This document shows positions 1-9,281 of a stretch of 64,000 nucleotides of DNA, in pieces (within the stretch, counting starts at the first letter, position 1; every line of letters begins with the position of its first letter). This DNA comes from Terriglobia bacterium (lineage in GTDB: Bacteria > Acidobacteriota > Terriglobia > Acidiferrales > UBA7541): assembly GCA_041497605.1 (NCBI GenBank), contig JBGQGW010000001.1, positions 3,110 to 67,109 on the forward strand. The letters run 5' to 3'. The position numbers were made by a program, and so were the translations under genes. The notes below the pieces were generated by a model. It saw only the letters and a program-made list of their open reading frames with translations, made no database searches and had not been told where the DNA came from.

Positions 1-1171
1 ATTCGGCGGAAAGTGGACGGGCGGAACCGTGGCCATCCGCGGCGGCCAGCGCAGGCTTGGGAACTTCGAGATCCGCAATTCTCGGCTCGGCCTCGAGAAT
101 GTAATTGAGGCGGCCCATAGAGGCGGCGCCGCGCTGAAAAATATTCGTCACCCATCCGAGCGCGATCATGGGGAACACGAGCTGAACCATGAAGGTATAG
201 AAGGCGAACAGCGTGCCGAGAGAAATGCGGTTCATCATCACGAGCCGGCCGCCTTGCCACAACACAATCAGGAAAGTGGTTCCGATCAGAGCCTGCAGCG
301 CCGGGAAGAACATGCTCCAGGCGCTGATTAATTTGATGTTCCGGCTGACATAGTCCTGGTTGGCCTCGTCAAACTTGCGGATTTCCGAGGCTTCCTGGGC
401 ATAGGCGCGGACAACGCGCACCCCGGTAAAATTCTCCTCGGCGCGCGCGGAAAGAGTGGCCAGCGCCGCCTGGATGCGTTCCGAGAGTTTGTGGATCGCC
501 TGGCCGAAATACCACACGGAGGCGGCGACAAAAGGCACAGGAAGCAGGACCCACAGCGTCAAGGATGGCGAGAGCTTGAACATGAAGAAAATTGCCAGCA
601 CCAGCGTGGCGAGCGTGTTGGCGCTGTACATGATCCCCGGCCCGAGGACCATGCGCACAGCGTTCAGGTCATTCGTACATCGCGACATCAGTTCGCCGGT
701 GCGGTTGCGAACAAAGAATTCCGGCTCGAGCCGCATCAAGCGGGAGAGCATGTCATTGCGGAGGTCATATTCGATGTCGCGCGAGATGCCGATTAAAATC
801 CAGCGCGAAAAGAATGAAAAGACGCCCTTGGCAGCGATGACAACCACGAGGAGCAGGCAAAAAATCTCAAGAGTGTAAATACTGCGGGGCTGGTAGAAAT
901 GGAAGAGCCAATTCAGCAGGCTGCGGGAAAAACCCGTCAAGTTGGGAAGCGGCTGGGGATTGTTGTTGAGCGAGTCGGTGATCGCGCCGATCAGAATCTG
1001 CGGCAAAGTTCCCAGAACACCCATCAGGGCCAGGGTGATGAGCCCTCCGACTACCCCCGCTTTGTAGCGGGCCACGTAGGGGAGGAGTCCTCGCAGGCTG
1101 CGCCAGGCGGAAGGCACCGGAGCGGGCTTCGCCACGGCGGGTGCTTGAACGGTTTGTGACGCCGCGCTCAT
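1..1171 (-). CDS. ABC exporter, fused permease/ATPase type (MsbA / multidrug-exporter family). Only the N-terminal transmembrane domain is in the window; the 3' end lies outside it.
   Basis: Absent from the ORF track because there is no stop codon in the window. My minus-strand translation from the ATG at 1171..1169 reads MSAASQTVQAPAVAKP...LLPYVARYKAGVVGGLITLALMG...SRDIEYDLRNDMLSRLMRLEPEFFVRNRTGELMSRCTNDLNAVR...NFTGVRVVRAYAQE..., an uninterrupted frame to position 1. This is a typical six-TM ABC_membrane domain. The ATG overlaps the stop of the upstream ORF (ATGA). Confidence 0.8.
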   Translation of the reverse strand, partial: MSAASQTVQAPAVAKPAPVPSAWRSLRGLLPYVARYKAGVVGGLITLALMGVLGTLPQILIGAITDSLNNNPQPLPNLTGFSRSLLNWLFHFYQPRSIYTLEIFCLLLVVVIAAKGVFSFFSRWILIGISRDIEYDLRNDMLSRLMRLEPEFFVRNRTGELMSRCTNDLNAVRMVLGPGIMYSANTLATLVLAIFFMFKLSPSLTLWVLLPVPFVAASVWYFGQAIHKLSERIQAALATLSARAEENFTGVRVVRAYAQEASEIRKFDEANQDYVSRNIKLISAWSMFFPALQALIGTTFLIVLWQGGRLVMMNRISLGTLFAFYTFMVQLVFPMIALGWVTNIFQRGAASMGRLNYILEAEPRIADLEVPKPALAAADGHGSARPLSAE

Positions 1172-1794
1172 CGACGCAAAGGCACCTCAACGGGCTCGAG
1201 CGAAGGAGCTTCGCCCTGGAATTGTTCGAAGTTACGGTCGAGGGTCTGGTATCGCATCACTTTCGGATTCCATTTCACAGCGATCGTTTCCGCATGGCCA
1301 CCCTCTGGAGTTCGTAGAGGGGTGAAATACATCACCAGGCCGGTATCCGCGTGCTGCTCAAACTGCAGCCGCCAACCGTTGACGGCGGCAAGGGGTGTGC
1401 CGGCGAGAAAACCTTTTTGATTTTTCAAGTGCTCGTCACATCGAAAGATTTCTTTCCAGGTACCATTTTCCTTTTCGGCGATGACAGCGCGCGTAAGTAA
1501 GTTTCCAGGCACCGTGCCATCCGGCGTTTTCTTGATGCGATTGATCACCAAAATCTGCTGGTTCCCATTTTTTGCCAGATCGCCCCAGGCGAGCACGTCG
1601 GATTCAGCGCCCAGTTCGCTTTCCGCCACGGTTTGCAGATCCGCGGGAACCGGGGAAGGCTCAAGTTTTGTGGGCGTGGTGGAAGCGGGCGCCGGCTTCT
1701 CCGATCCCCCGCAACCGAAGCAGGAGAAGATGAGAGCCATCGCGCAAACCAGCGTGCTACCGGTGAGTCGATGCATTCGTGTCCAACAATTCAC
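1168..1794 (-). CDS. hypothetical lipoprotein / secreted protein
   Basis: 208-aa ORF. The N-terminus MHRLTGSTLVCAMALIFSCFGCGG looks like a signal peptide with Cys lipobox candidates. Its GTG start overlaps the upstream stop (GTGA), and its stop overlaps the ABC exporter start. Confidence 0.6.
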   Translation of the reverse strand: MNCWTRMHRLTGSTLVCAMALIFSCFGCGGSEKPAPASTTPTKLEPSPVPADLQTVAESELGAESDVLAWGDLAKNGNQQILVINRIKKTPDGTVPGNLLTRAVIAEKENGTWKEIFRCDEHLKNQKGFLAGTPLAAVNGWRLQFEQHADTGLVMYFTPLRTPEGGHAETIAVKWNPKVMRYQTLDRNFEQFQGEAPSLEPVEVPLRR

Positions 1795-2390
1795 AGGCTC
1801 GGGAACGCCAGGGTGATCTCAACGACTCGACCGGTCGCATGATCGCAATAGATTTCTATTACCTGGGGTACATCGGAGCCAGCCCAGTCAAAGGCGTAAA
1901 AGTATAATTCTAACTCTTGGTTCCCGCGGAGGGAAGGGCTACGGGAACCCGGCGCTCCGTATAGCTTGAAGAGCTTTTCTCGCGCGTCGCCGAGCGCGAG
2001 ACCTTTCCCGGTTTTCCAGACGGTTGCCAGCACGGAGAGTGGCAGGTCCGGATGGCAGCCTCTGGCGAGCACCGCCGGTTCATCCAGATTCGAGACGGTG
2101 AGAATTTGGACTATGCCCCGGTTATCCGATTCGATTCGAAGGCTTTGCCGGGAACAGGGGTCGCGCCAGGTCCAGACATGATTGTCATCCCTCGAAGCGA
2201 TGCCGGACTTTTCACCGAGAAGAGTTTTCGCTTGCGCAAGTGTGTCCTTGCCGGGATGCAGGCGCGCAAGGGTCAATTCATTGACCCGCCTCGCCGCGCC
2301 AGCGCGATTCTGCGCGAGTACGACGTTGGGAGTAAAATTTAGGAGCAGCGCGCTAACGCACAGCCAGGATTTCTTCCATCCGAGCTTCAA
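1791..2390 (-). CDS. hypothetical secreted protein
   Basis: The tracked ORF is 1791..2486, but its first 130 nt or so overlap the upstream gene. A TTG at 2390 would give (M)KLGWKKSWLCVSALLLNFTPNVVLAQ, a plausible signal peptide. I recognise no family. Confidence 0.5.
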   Translation of the reverse strand: MKLGWKKSWLCVSALLLNFTPNVVLAQNRAGAARRVNELTLARLHPGKDTLAQAKTLLGEKSGIASRDDNHVWTWRDPCSRQSLRIESDNRGIVQILTVSNLDEPAVLARGCHPDLPLSVLATVWKTGKGLALGDAREKLFKLYGAPGSRSPSLRGNQELELYFYAFDWAGSDVPQVIEIYCDHATGRVVEITLAFPSL

Positions 2391-3027
2391 AATTTTCCTC
2401 TCCCTCGGACCAGAATCGGCTTCGCTCGACGGGCAGAGTCGATTCGACCAGTTGCATCCACTGAAAGAGCTTGCGGATATTTTCACGAGTTCTTTCGTGA
2501 TAGAGGCGTAGATTCTCGGGCTTGGCCATCATGGTGATGAAGGCTTCTTCGTCTGGATGCTGGGGCGCCGCCACAGGCTGATTGTGCGAGCCGAGAAGTC
2601 GAGCGTGCCCTGTAAACAAATGTTCGAAGCCGATGTCGGCGTGCAGATGGCCCAATTCACGCCAGACACCGTCGTCGAATTGTTCGCCGTTGCAGAAAAG
2701 TTCGATTTGCTGAGGCTGCAACTGCCAACGCACGGCGTTCGGGCCGAGAGTCCATAGGTCCCAGTAAGCCGCGGTTTCGTAGCTGCAATCGGCATGCACG
2801 TGTTCGGCCGCCAGTTCGAGCAATTCAATTGGGGCGAGCGGTCGCGCGCGGAGATCCTGCTCGAAGATTGGCACTTCGGCCGGACTGACGGCGCGGATGA
2901 CGAGTTCCGTGAAGCCCGGCTTGGAAGCGGAAAAGGGAACTGAAGAGAGGAAGCTGCCCCATCGTTCGAGCAGGGACGCTTCCGAAAAATCCTTGCACCA
3001 GATACTCACGTATGCGTGGTTGGCCAT
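2353..3027 (-). CDS. hypothetical cytoplasmic protein
   Basis: 224-aa ORF, MANHAYVSIWCKDFSEASLLERW... Its composition looks like a real protein and it has no signal peptide. It is the first gene of a four-gene minus-strand string ending in the ABC exporter. Confidence 0.55.
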   Translation of the reverse strand: MANHAYVSIWCKDFSEASLLERWGSFLSSVPFSASKPGFTELVIRAVSPAEVPIFEQDLRARPLAPIELLELAAEHVHADCSYETAAYWDLWTLGPNAVRWQLQPQQIELFCNGEQFDDGVWRELGHLHADIGFEHLFTGHARLLGSHNQPVAAPQHPDEEAFITMMAKPENLRLYHERTRENIRKLFQWMQLVESTLPVERSRFWSEGEENFEARMEEILAVR

Positions 3028-3163
3028 CGCGAAACATTATACCGGGAGTTGGGCTGGGCTCCGAATCGGGATGCGGACACTTCGGGGCAGGGATGGCTTG
3101 GTGCATGAGGCGGAAGAGCCGCGTCTGAAGCCCCGGGTCGCTCACTGTGAAGCTCGAGACAAG

Positions 3164-5614
3164 CTACTTTATCTTTTCTGGCGGATTCTGACCGGGGGCG
3201 AGTTCGCTGGAAATTCCGAGCAAGCGTTGCCGGATGGTTTCGCCGAGGCCGGCGAAGACGTTCGAGCAGGTGTCGCGCAAACGGACTTCGGCGGCTAGGG
3301 CCATGGCTTTGATCACTTCTTCCGAGTGCTGGCTTAGGCTGGTGACGGAGGCCACCAACCAGGAATTTGAAGTGTTTTCGAGGCGCTGGCGATACGCTTC
3401 AACCCCTTCGGCACTGGCTTGATTGAGCCGTTCGAGCCAGGCGCGATATTGCTGATCGCGCTCCTGCCGCCAGGCTTCGGTCATCGAAGTCAATTGATTA
3501 TCCAGGACTCTCCGAGCCTGATCCACGCCGAGCTCCACTCGCTCGTTGAGGCGATCCTGAAAATCGGCGACAAAATTCTCGAGATGCGCGTCCATGTTTG
3601 CGCGCAAACCTTCGGCGCGTGCTTCGAACTGGGTGGCCGTTTCTTCACTGGACTGGCGGACCGAAGCAGTGAAGTTCTGGAGAGCTTCCCTGGATGCCTG
3701 GTGGAGACGGTCCGAAAAGGCGGCGGCGGTGGTGTCGGCAGCCTGCTGCATCTGAGTGCGCCCGCGGGCCGTGGAATCTTTGACGCTTTCTTCGAGTTGC
3801 CCCTGAGTATGCTCGACGTAGCTGCGGCTGTAATGATCGAGTTCGGAAGCGAAGAGACGCGAGATATCCGCGGCATGATTGCGAAGCCCGCCGACAGCCT
3901 GGTCGACCGATTTTTCGAGGGCAGCCTGCATGCTTGTCTGCGCTTTTTTCTGATACCACTCAGACGACTTGTAGAGCGATTCGAAAGTGGTATGCGTGAC
4001 TTCGTTGCTCTTCGCGTCGATTTCTTCCGCCGCCTTGGAAACGGAAGCGCGGCAAGCCGCTTCGATTTCGATAGGGAAATGAGCCATTTGCTGCTGCAGG
4101 CGCTCGCGGGATTCGAGCAAAGTTTGATCGGCAGCTTCCGTGAGCCGCTGGTGAATCGCGGCGATCAGTTGTTCCGTGGTTTGCCGGCCGGCGGTCAATT
4201 CAGAGGAGACCTTTTGAGCCAGCTCGATCTGCGGCGCGAGCCGTTGATGGGCCTGCTCCGCCAGGCGGCCGATCACATTTTGCGCCATGGTCTCGAGAGC
4301 CGGCTGCATCTCGCGAACGCGCTCGGTGATCAGCTCCTGTGCTCGTTGTTGCAGGTGCGAATTACGGTCATGTAAGAGCTTGTCGAGGCGGCGTTCCGAT
4401 TCGGCAATTATGGATTCGGCGGAATTGCTGATTTGCGAAGCCGTAGCTTCGGCGCGCGTGCGGGCTGCATTCAGCTCTTCGACCAAGCCTTTTGCCCGCG
4501 AAAGTTGCTGAGCGAGTTCCTCGCGAAACGCGGCCAGGCTCTGGGTGCCCTCGGAACGAATGGACAAGGCGGCGGCTTCGATTTCCCGGCGGCTTTGGGC
4601 CAATTGTTCCTGGGCCGCGCCGGCATCGGCTTCGATGCGGCCAAATAATCCGTTTGCTTGATGGCGCGCCTGCTCGACGATTCGTTCGGCATGAACGCTG
4701 AGCGCCGCGCGCTGAGCTTCCGTGACTTCAGACAATTGCGCAGTCACTTGATTGGCGATGGTTCTCAGGTTGTGTTCAGCGGCACGAAGCCATTCCGGGC
4801 TCGGCTCGTTGACATCGACAGGCCGCGCGTGGGCCGTAAGTTCGGCGGCGCGCTCGGAAGCATGGGCTTCCACTTGCGCGAGCGCCGACTGCACGGCTTT
4901 ATCAATCGTCTGGCGGATCTGCGCTTCGATCTGCAGATGCACGCCGCGAGAGGCTTCTTCGACAGCGGCACTGGCGCTCTCTTGAATCGTCTGTTGCAAT
5001 CCTTGCTTGGCGTCGGCCAGCATCCGCGCCATCTGGCGCGCAAAAGTCATGGAAAGTTGCGCGGGAGTAGTGGAGGAGTCTTCAGGGACCAGGCGAATTT
5101 TGTTCGATGCAAGAGATTCCGCCGCCGGGAACGATTGCGGAGCCGCTCCGCGTTCCGAATGCTCCGCCACGGGCGCAGGAATTCCCGGCGCCAAATCATC
5201 GGGGACCCGGAGCCAATCGGCGGGAGGAAAGGCGATGCCCCAGACATTACCGGGCGATTGGAATTCGACGCCGATTTGGAAGAGTTCGCGAACCGTTCGT
5301 GGCCGCTGCACCCAAATGATGCGCCCACGCACCGATCGATTGGGCAGCTCTGCTTCCGGGCGGGGTATCTCCAGCGTGACTTGCGCATTCTTGGGAACGT
5401 AATGCTTGGACTGGTACTTGCAGCCGTGGCAGCTAATGATCAGGGAAGAAGTGCGTTCCTTGAAGGGCTGGCCGAGCGCGTCCACGCCGACAACCGTGAT
5501 CGGCACAGCCTGCACGATGCGCGTGCTGCGGCGCTTCTGTGCGTCCGGATCATTCGAGGCTGTAAATTCGGCCAAAGATTTTCTCCCAAGGCAGGCTTCC
5601 AGCTTAACATCCAT
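3164..5614 (-). CDS. PilZ-domain protein with a very long C-terminal coiled-coil / apolipoprotein-like helical region
   Basis: 816 aa. The N-terminal 130 aa or so contain QKRRSTRIV (RxxxR) followed by SLIISCHGCKY (xxSxxG) and a beta-rich stretch, RGRIIWVQRP...FQIGVEFQ. The remaining 650 aa or so are A/E/Q/R/L-rich helical sequence with no TM segment. Confidence 0.7.
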   Translation of the reverse strand: MDVKLEACLGRKSLAEFTASNDPDAQKRRSTRIVQAVPITVVGVDALGQPFKERTSSLIISCHGCKYQSKHYVPKNAQVTLEIPRPEAELPNRSVRGRIIWVQRPRTVRELFQIGVEFQSPGNVWGIAFPPADWLRVPDDLAPGIPAPVAEHSERGAAPQSFPAAESLASNKIRLVPEDSSTTPAQLSMTFARQMARMLADAKQGLQQTIQESASAAVEEASRGVHLQIEAQIRQTIDKAVQSALAQVEAHASERAAELTAHARPVDVNEPSPEWLRAAEHNLRTIANQVTAQLSEVTEAQRAALSVHAERIVEQARHQANGLFGRIEADAGAAQEQLAQSRREIEAAALSIRSEGTQSLAAFREELAQQLSRAKGLVEELNAARTRAEATASQISNSAESIIAESERRLDKLLHDRNSHLQQRAQELITERVREMQPALETMAQNVIGRLAEQAHQRLAPQIELAQKVSSELTAGRQTTEQLIAAIHQRLTEAADQTLLESRERLQQQMAHFPIEIEAACRASVSKAAEEIDAKSNEVTHTTFESLYKSSEWYQKKAQTSMQAALEKSVDQAVGGLRNHAADISRLFASELDHYSRSYVEHTQGQLEESVKDSTARGRTQMQQAADTTAAAFSDRLHQASREALQNFTASVRQSSEETATQFEARAEGLRANMDAHLENFVADFQDRLNERVELGVDQARRVLDNQLTSMTEAWRQERDQQYRAWLERLNQASAEGVEAYRQRLENTSNSWLVASVTSLSQHSEEVIKAMALAAEVRLRDTCSNVFAGLGETIRQRLLGISSELAPGQNPPEKIK

Positions 5615-5679
5615 GCCCGAGAGGATCGAGGCTACCTGTCGTCCAGTGCGTATCAGTTAATTCACTTTGAGAATCAGAG

Positions 5680-5991
5680 CTAGTGCGGCTGGGAGCTGCG
5701 GGACGACCGGCCAAGCAGGCTTTCCTTGATTTCTTTCAGCACCCAAATCGGGCCGACCAGGAAGTAGACGGGGCCCTGGAAGAAGGCAGGCTTGTTGCCT
5801 TCGATGCGATGTCCCAGGAAAAGGAGGATCCAGCCACCAATGAATAGAGTCAAACCGAGGCGCCAATGCAGGATTGCCAGCAGGATCAAGCCTGTAAGGA
5901 TTGCTGGAATGCCAATGGCGTGGAGGACTTTATTCCAGGGGTTGTGGTGTTCGTGGTCGTATTGCCCCATGTAGCGTTCAAGAGTGGGCAT
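5680..5991 (-). CDS. DUF962 (Mpo1/YGL010w-like) small membrane protein
   Basis: Within tracked ORF 5680..6147 I prefer the internal ATG at 5991: MPTLERYMGQYDHEHHNPWNKVLHAIGIPAILTGLILL...GHRIEGNKPAFFQGPVYFLVGP. This is the typical DUF962 signature with two or three TM helices. Confidence 0.65.
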   Translation of the reverse strand: MPTLERYMGQYDHEHHNPWNKVLHAIGIPAILTGLILLAILHWRLGLTLFIGGWILLFLGHRIEGNKPAFFQGPVYFLVGPIWVLKEIKESLLGRSSRSSQPH

Positions 5992-6256
5992 AGAAGCCTC
6001 CTGGGGGACGCTAATCCTCTTATACAGCGACCGGAAGGGTGGAGCAACGGGCTTAATCAGTGGAGAGGTTGGGGATCGTCTCTTACAGGCCGCGGATAAA
6101 CCACTTTCGTCCTTCCGAGGAGCGGAGCGACGAGGAATCGGGAGCAAACCGCAGATGATTGAGCGCAGATCATTCGCGCGAAGCAGCAGTCCCCCCTGCC
6201 CGGCAAACGATGCCTAACCTTGGGCTGACATTTCAATTGAAGGTTTGGAAAGGAAT

Positions 6257-6856
6257 TTACAGGTCGCGGCGGCCTTCGAGGGCTTTGAGCATAGTGACTT
6301 CATCGGCATATTCGAGATCGGAACCGACGGGGATGCCCATGCCAATGCGCGTCACGTGGACGCCGAGAGGCTTCAGCAGCTTTGAAAGATACATTGCGGT
6401 GGCTTCTCCCTCCGCAGTGGGATTCGTGGCGACGATTATTTCTTCGATGGCGCCGCCCTTCAATCGTTCGATCAGGCTCTTGATTTTGAGTTGATCCGGC
6501 CCAATGCCTTGCAGCGGAGAAAGCGATCCGCCGAGGACATGATAGAGGCCGTCAAACTGGCGCGTCCTTTCGACCGCAACGATATTGGCGGCTTCTTCGA
6601 CCACGCAAATTGTTTTTCGGCTGCGGGTAGCGCTGGTGCAGTACTGGCAGGGATCGGCATCGGTGATGTTGTTGCACACCGAGCATTCGCGGATTTTTTC
6701 CTTGGCGTCGCGGATGGCATCGGAAAGGGCGAGCGCCTGTTCGCGGTCGGAGCGCAGGATAAAGAATGCCAGCCGCTGCGCGGTCTTCTGCCCGATGCCG
6801 GGCAGGTGTTTCAGTTCGTCGATCAAGCGCGAAATCGGTTGAGCGTAATCAGGCAT
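6257..6856 (-). CDS. recR: recombination protein RecR
   Basis: 199 aa. It has the HhH motif [14 protein letters not shown], the C4 zinc finger [16 protein letters not shown], and a Toprim region [14 protein letters not shown]...[12 protein letters not shown]. Confidence 0.95.
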   Translation of the reverse strand: MPDYAQPISRLIDELKHLPGIGQKTAQRLAFFILRSDREQALALSDAIRDAKEKIRECSVCNNITDADPCQYCTSATRSRKTICVVEEAANIVAVERTRQFDGLYHVLGGSLSPLQGIGPDQLKIKSLIERLKGGAIEEIIVATNPTAEGEATAMYLSKLLKPLGVHVTRIGMGIPVGSDLEYADEVTMLKALEGRRDL

Positions 6857-6973
6857 TCGATTCTCTTCTTTCTTCGCGGAAAGGATTCTCAGGCGAGTAG
6901 TTCGAATCGCCGCAGCAAGCTAGATTGCCACAATTGGGCTGCTGATAGGAAGGGGCTGGAAGGGACTGTAAAA

Positions 6974-7300
6974 TCAAAACAAGCCGGGAATCTTCAAGCC
7001 GGCAATTCCAGAAAGCCCACCGGTGATGTCCTTCATCTGATTGGCCATCTCTTCATCGACGCGGCGCGTGGCGTCGTTGACGGCCGCGACGATCAAGTCC
7101 TGCAACATCTCGGCGTCACGGCTGGCGAACACTTCGGGTTCGATGCGCAGCTCGGTGATGCGCTTCTGGCCGTTCATCTTCACCGTTACCATCCCGCCGC
7201 CGGCTGAGGCTTCGACGTGCACCTCATTCAGTTGTTTCTCCAGACGTTCCTGCACCTGGCGGAATTGCGAGAGCATCTGTTGCAAGGCTTTGACTTCCAT
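6974..7300 (-). CDS. ybaB: nucleoid-associated protein YbaB/EbfC
   Basis: 108 aa, ...AGGGMVTVKMNGQKRITELRIEPEV...LQDLIVAAVNDATRRV... It sits in the canonical dnaX-ybaB-recR position. Confidence 0.9.
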   Translation of the reverse strand: MEVKALQQMLSQFRQVQERLEKQLNEVHVEASAGGGMVTVKMNGQKRITELRIEPEVFASRDAEMLQDLIVAAVNDATRRVDEEMANQMKDITGGLSGIAGLKIPGLF

Positions 7301-7303
7301 GGT

Positions 7304-9139
7304 CTATTCCTCGCTCCGGCGTTTCACTTCCGAAAGGCGCCCGCCGAATCGTTTGAGCATCGCCTGCACGACAGGGTCTTCTTCGAATCGAGCACGCAGC
7401 TCAGCACTGCGTCCCATCGGTGCCCGACCAGTTTCGAGTTTAACACAGACGCGGAGCGGCTGGCCCACCACCTGTGTGAGCACTGTGCGCAGTTTCTCCA
7501 TAGGGTCTCGGGCCTGCAACATTTCAGCCAGCGCGCGATTTTCCGGCGGGAAATAGAGCCGCATTTCGCTGCCATCGAGTTCCCAACGACATACGTGCTC
7601 GACCAGGGACCACAGAAATTTTTGCTGCCCTTGCAGCGCTGCTTTGATCGCATCCACTTGCGCCGCCGCTAATCCACTGGGAGATTGTTCTGCGGCCTGC
7701 GCAACGATTCGGGGCGGCGTAGCGGGGACAGGAGCCGAAGAAGATTGAGAAGAAATAAAAGTTGCCGGAGAAAGCGAGGAACTGCCGGCGCCATCGCCGC
7801 GGCTCGCGCTGTTCGCAATGGGAGAAGCCGTCACCGAGACCTGCGAAACAGGCGTAGATGGCAGGGAGACAGAGATCGAAGGCGGCGCCGATGATGGTGG
7901 CGCGCCCGAGACCGCCGATGTCCTGTAGGGGGCTGCGGAAGCTGATGCGAGAGCTGAGGACGCAGAGGATGTCCGCGAGCTTCCCGGCTTCGAGCCCGGT
8001 TCGCCGCGAAGTTCGGCGAGCAATTCTTCGAGAGGCGCGAGGCGAGCGGCATTTACCAGCTTCAGCAATCCGATTTCAAGATGCAGCCGCTGGTCGGGCT
8101 TGTGGCGCAGGTCGTCCGAGGTCCACAGCAAAATTTGGAAGAAGCGCGTCAGATCTTCTTCGCTGAATCGCGCGGCCTGACCGGCCAGGCGCGGGCGTTC
8201 GTCGGCGGGAGCGGCGATCAAGTTGGAATCCGCGCCGGAAACGCGGGCGACCAGCAGGTTTCGAAAATGACGAATGGCTTCGCGGCAGAAATGATTCAGG
8301 TTCTGGCCATCGCTAATCAGGCGATGCACGAGTTCAAGGGCGCGCTGCGCCGATTGCCCGGTAATGGCTTCAACCAATTCGTCGAGGACACCTTCATCAA
8401 CAACTCCGAACAGTTCGCGCACCTGCTGGTCGGTAATTTCGTGCCCGCAATAGGCGATGGCTTGTTCGAGCAGGGAGAGCGCGTCGCGGAGACTGCCTTC
8501 GGCGGCACGCGCCAGCACCGCGACGGCGCCGGGCTCAATTTTAAGATCTTCTTCCTTCTTGACGATATCGTTGAGCGCGCCGGAAATTTCGTCAAAGGTG
8601 AGCGAACGGAATTGAAAAAGCTGAGCGCGCGATTTGATCGTATCGATCAGATCCTCGGCCTGAGTGGTGGCCAACACGAAGATCACCTGGTCGGGCGGCT
8701 CTTCGAGGGTTTTCAGCAGCGCGTTCGAGGCTTCGCCGGTGAGCTGATGCGCCTCGTCGAGAATGACGACTTTGAAGCGGCTGGAGGCGGGGGCGTAACG
8801 CACCATTTCGCGCAGTTCGCGAATCTGGTCGATACCTCGATTGGAGGCCGCGTCGATTTCGAGCACATCGAGCGAAGTGCCGGCTGAGATTTCATGGCAG
8901 GAGGAGCATTCATTGCATGGCTGGGGAGATTTGCCCTGGGTTTTTTCGCAGTTCAGGGCCTTTGCCAGGATGCGCGCGGTGGTGGTCTTGCCCACGCCGC
9001 GCACGCCGGAAAAAATATAGGCGTGGGCCACGCGGCCGGTGCGGATGGCATTCTCCAGAGTTTGCGTGACGTGCCGCTGGCCGATGACCTCAGCGAATGT
9101 TTGCGGCCGCCACTTTCGCGCGATGACCTGGTAGCTCAT
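7304..9139 (-). CDS. dnaX: DNA polymerase III subunit gamma/tau
   Basis: 611 aa. It begins MSYQVIARKWRPQTFAEVIGQRHV, with Walker A GVRGVGKTT, zinc module CNECSSCHEI, and box VILDEAHQL. A long S/A/P-rich linker precedes the C-terminal tau-like domain. Confidence 0.95.
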   Translation of the reverse strand: MSYQVIARKWRPQTFAEVIGQRHVTQTLENAIRTGRVAHAYIFSGVRGVGKTTTARILAKALNCEKTQGKSPQPCNECSSCHEISAGTSLDVLEIDAASNRGIDQIRELREMVRYAPASSRFKVVILDEAHQLTGEASNALLKTLEEPPDQVIFVLATTQAEDLIDTIKSRAQLFQFRSLTFDEISGALNDIVKKEEDLKIEPGAVAVLARAAEGSLRDALSLLEQAIAYCGHEITDQQVRELFGVVDEGVLDELVEAITGQSAQRALELVHRLISDGQNLNHFCREAIRHFRNLLVARVSGADSNLIAAPADERPRLAGQAARFSEEDLTRFFQILLWTSDDLRHKPDQRLHLEIGLLKLVNAARLAPLEELLAELRGEPGSKPGSSRTSSASSALASASAAPYRTSAVSGAPPSSAPPSISVSLPSTPVSQVSVTASPIANSASRGDGAGSSSLSPATFISSQSSSAPVPATPPRIVAQAAEQSPSGLAAAQVDAIKAALQGQQKFLWSLVEHVCRWELDGSEMRLYFPPENRALAEMLQARDPMEKLRTVLTQVVGQPLRVCVKLETGRAPMGRSAELRARFEEDPVVQAMLKRFGGRLSEVKRRSEE

Positions 9140-9177
9140 GTTTGTGGGAGTGCAGCTTCGTTCGCCAGGCGATCAGA

Positions 9178-9281
9178 GGAACTTCGGGTACTCCGCGGCA
9201 CACGAAACTGACCCGTTACCGTTGCTCCCTTCCGGGCCTGGCGGGGTTCACGGGGAATCGTTGCACAGAGCCCGAAGTTCC
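9178..9281 (-). ncRNA. ffs: signal recognition particle RNA (small bacterial 4.5S type)
   Basis: The minus strand reads GGAACTTCGGGCTCTGTGCAACGATTCCCCGTGAACCCCGCCAGGCCCGGAAGGGAGCAACGGTAACGGGTCAGTTTCGTGTGCCGCGGAGTACCCGAAGTTCC. An 11-bp terminal stem is formed by GGAACTTCGGG and CCCGAAGTTCC. The conserved domain IV core CAGGCCCGGAAGGGAGC carries a GGAA tetraloop. The location immediately upstream of dnaX is the classic one. Confidence 0.85.

Noticed and set aside
3419-5683. Long plus-strand ORFs (3419..4375, 318 aa; 4658..5683, 341 aa) opposite the PilZ/coiled-coil gene. Similar long shadow ORFs occur elsewhere: 8081..8887+, 20782..21516-, 33914..34930-, 38003..38602-, 38822..39469-, 43778..44518-, 46140..47426-, 48823..49644-, 49723..50292-, 59660..60568-.
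   Set aside because: Each lies antisense to, or out of frame with, a gene that has unmistakable family motifs. Their translations are R/G/P/A/H-rich with no recognisable domains. That is the usual pattern for shadow ORFs in GC-rich DNA.
7304-9139. Programmed -1 frameshift site in dnaX, which makes the gamma subunit in E. coli (A AAA AAG).
   Set aside because: I could not see an A-rich heptanucleotide slippery sequence in the coding strand by eye. This was a visual scan only, not an exhaustive computation.
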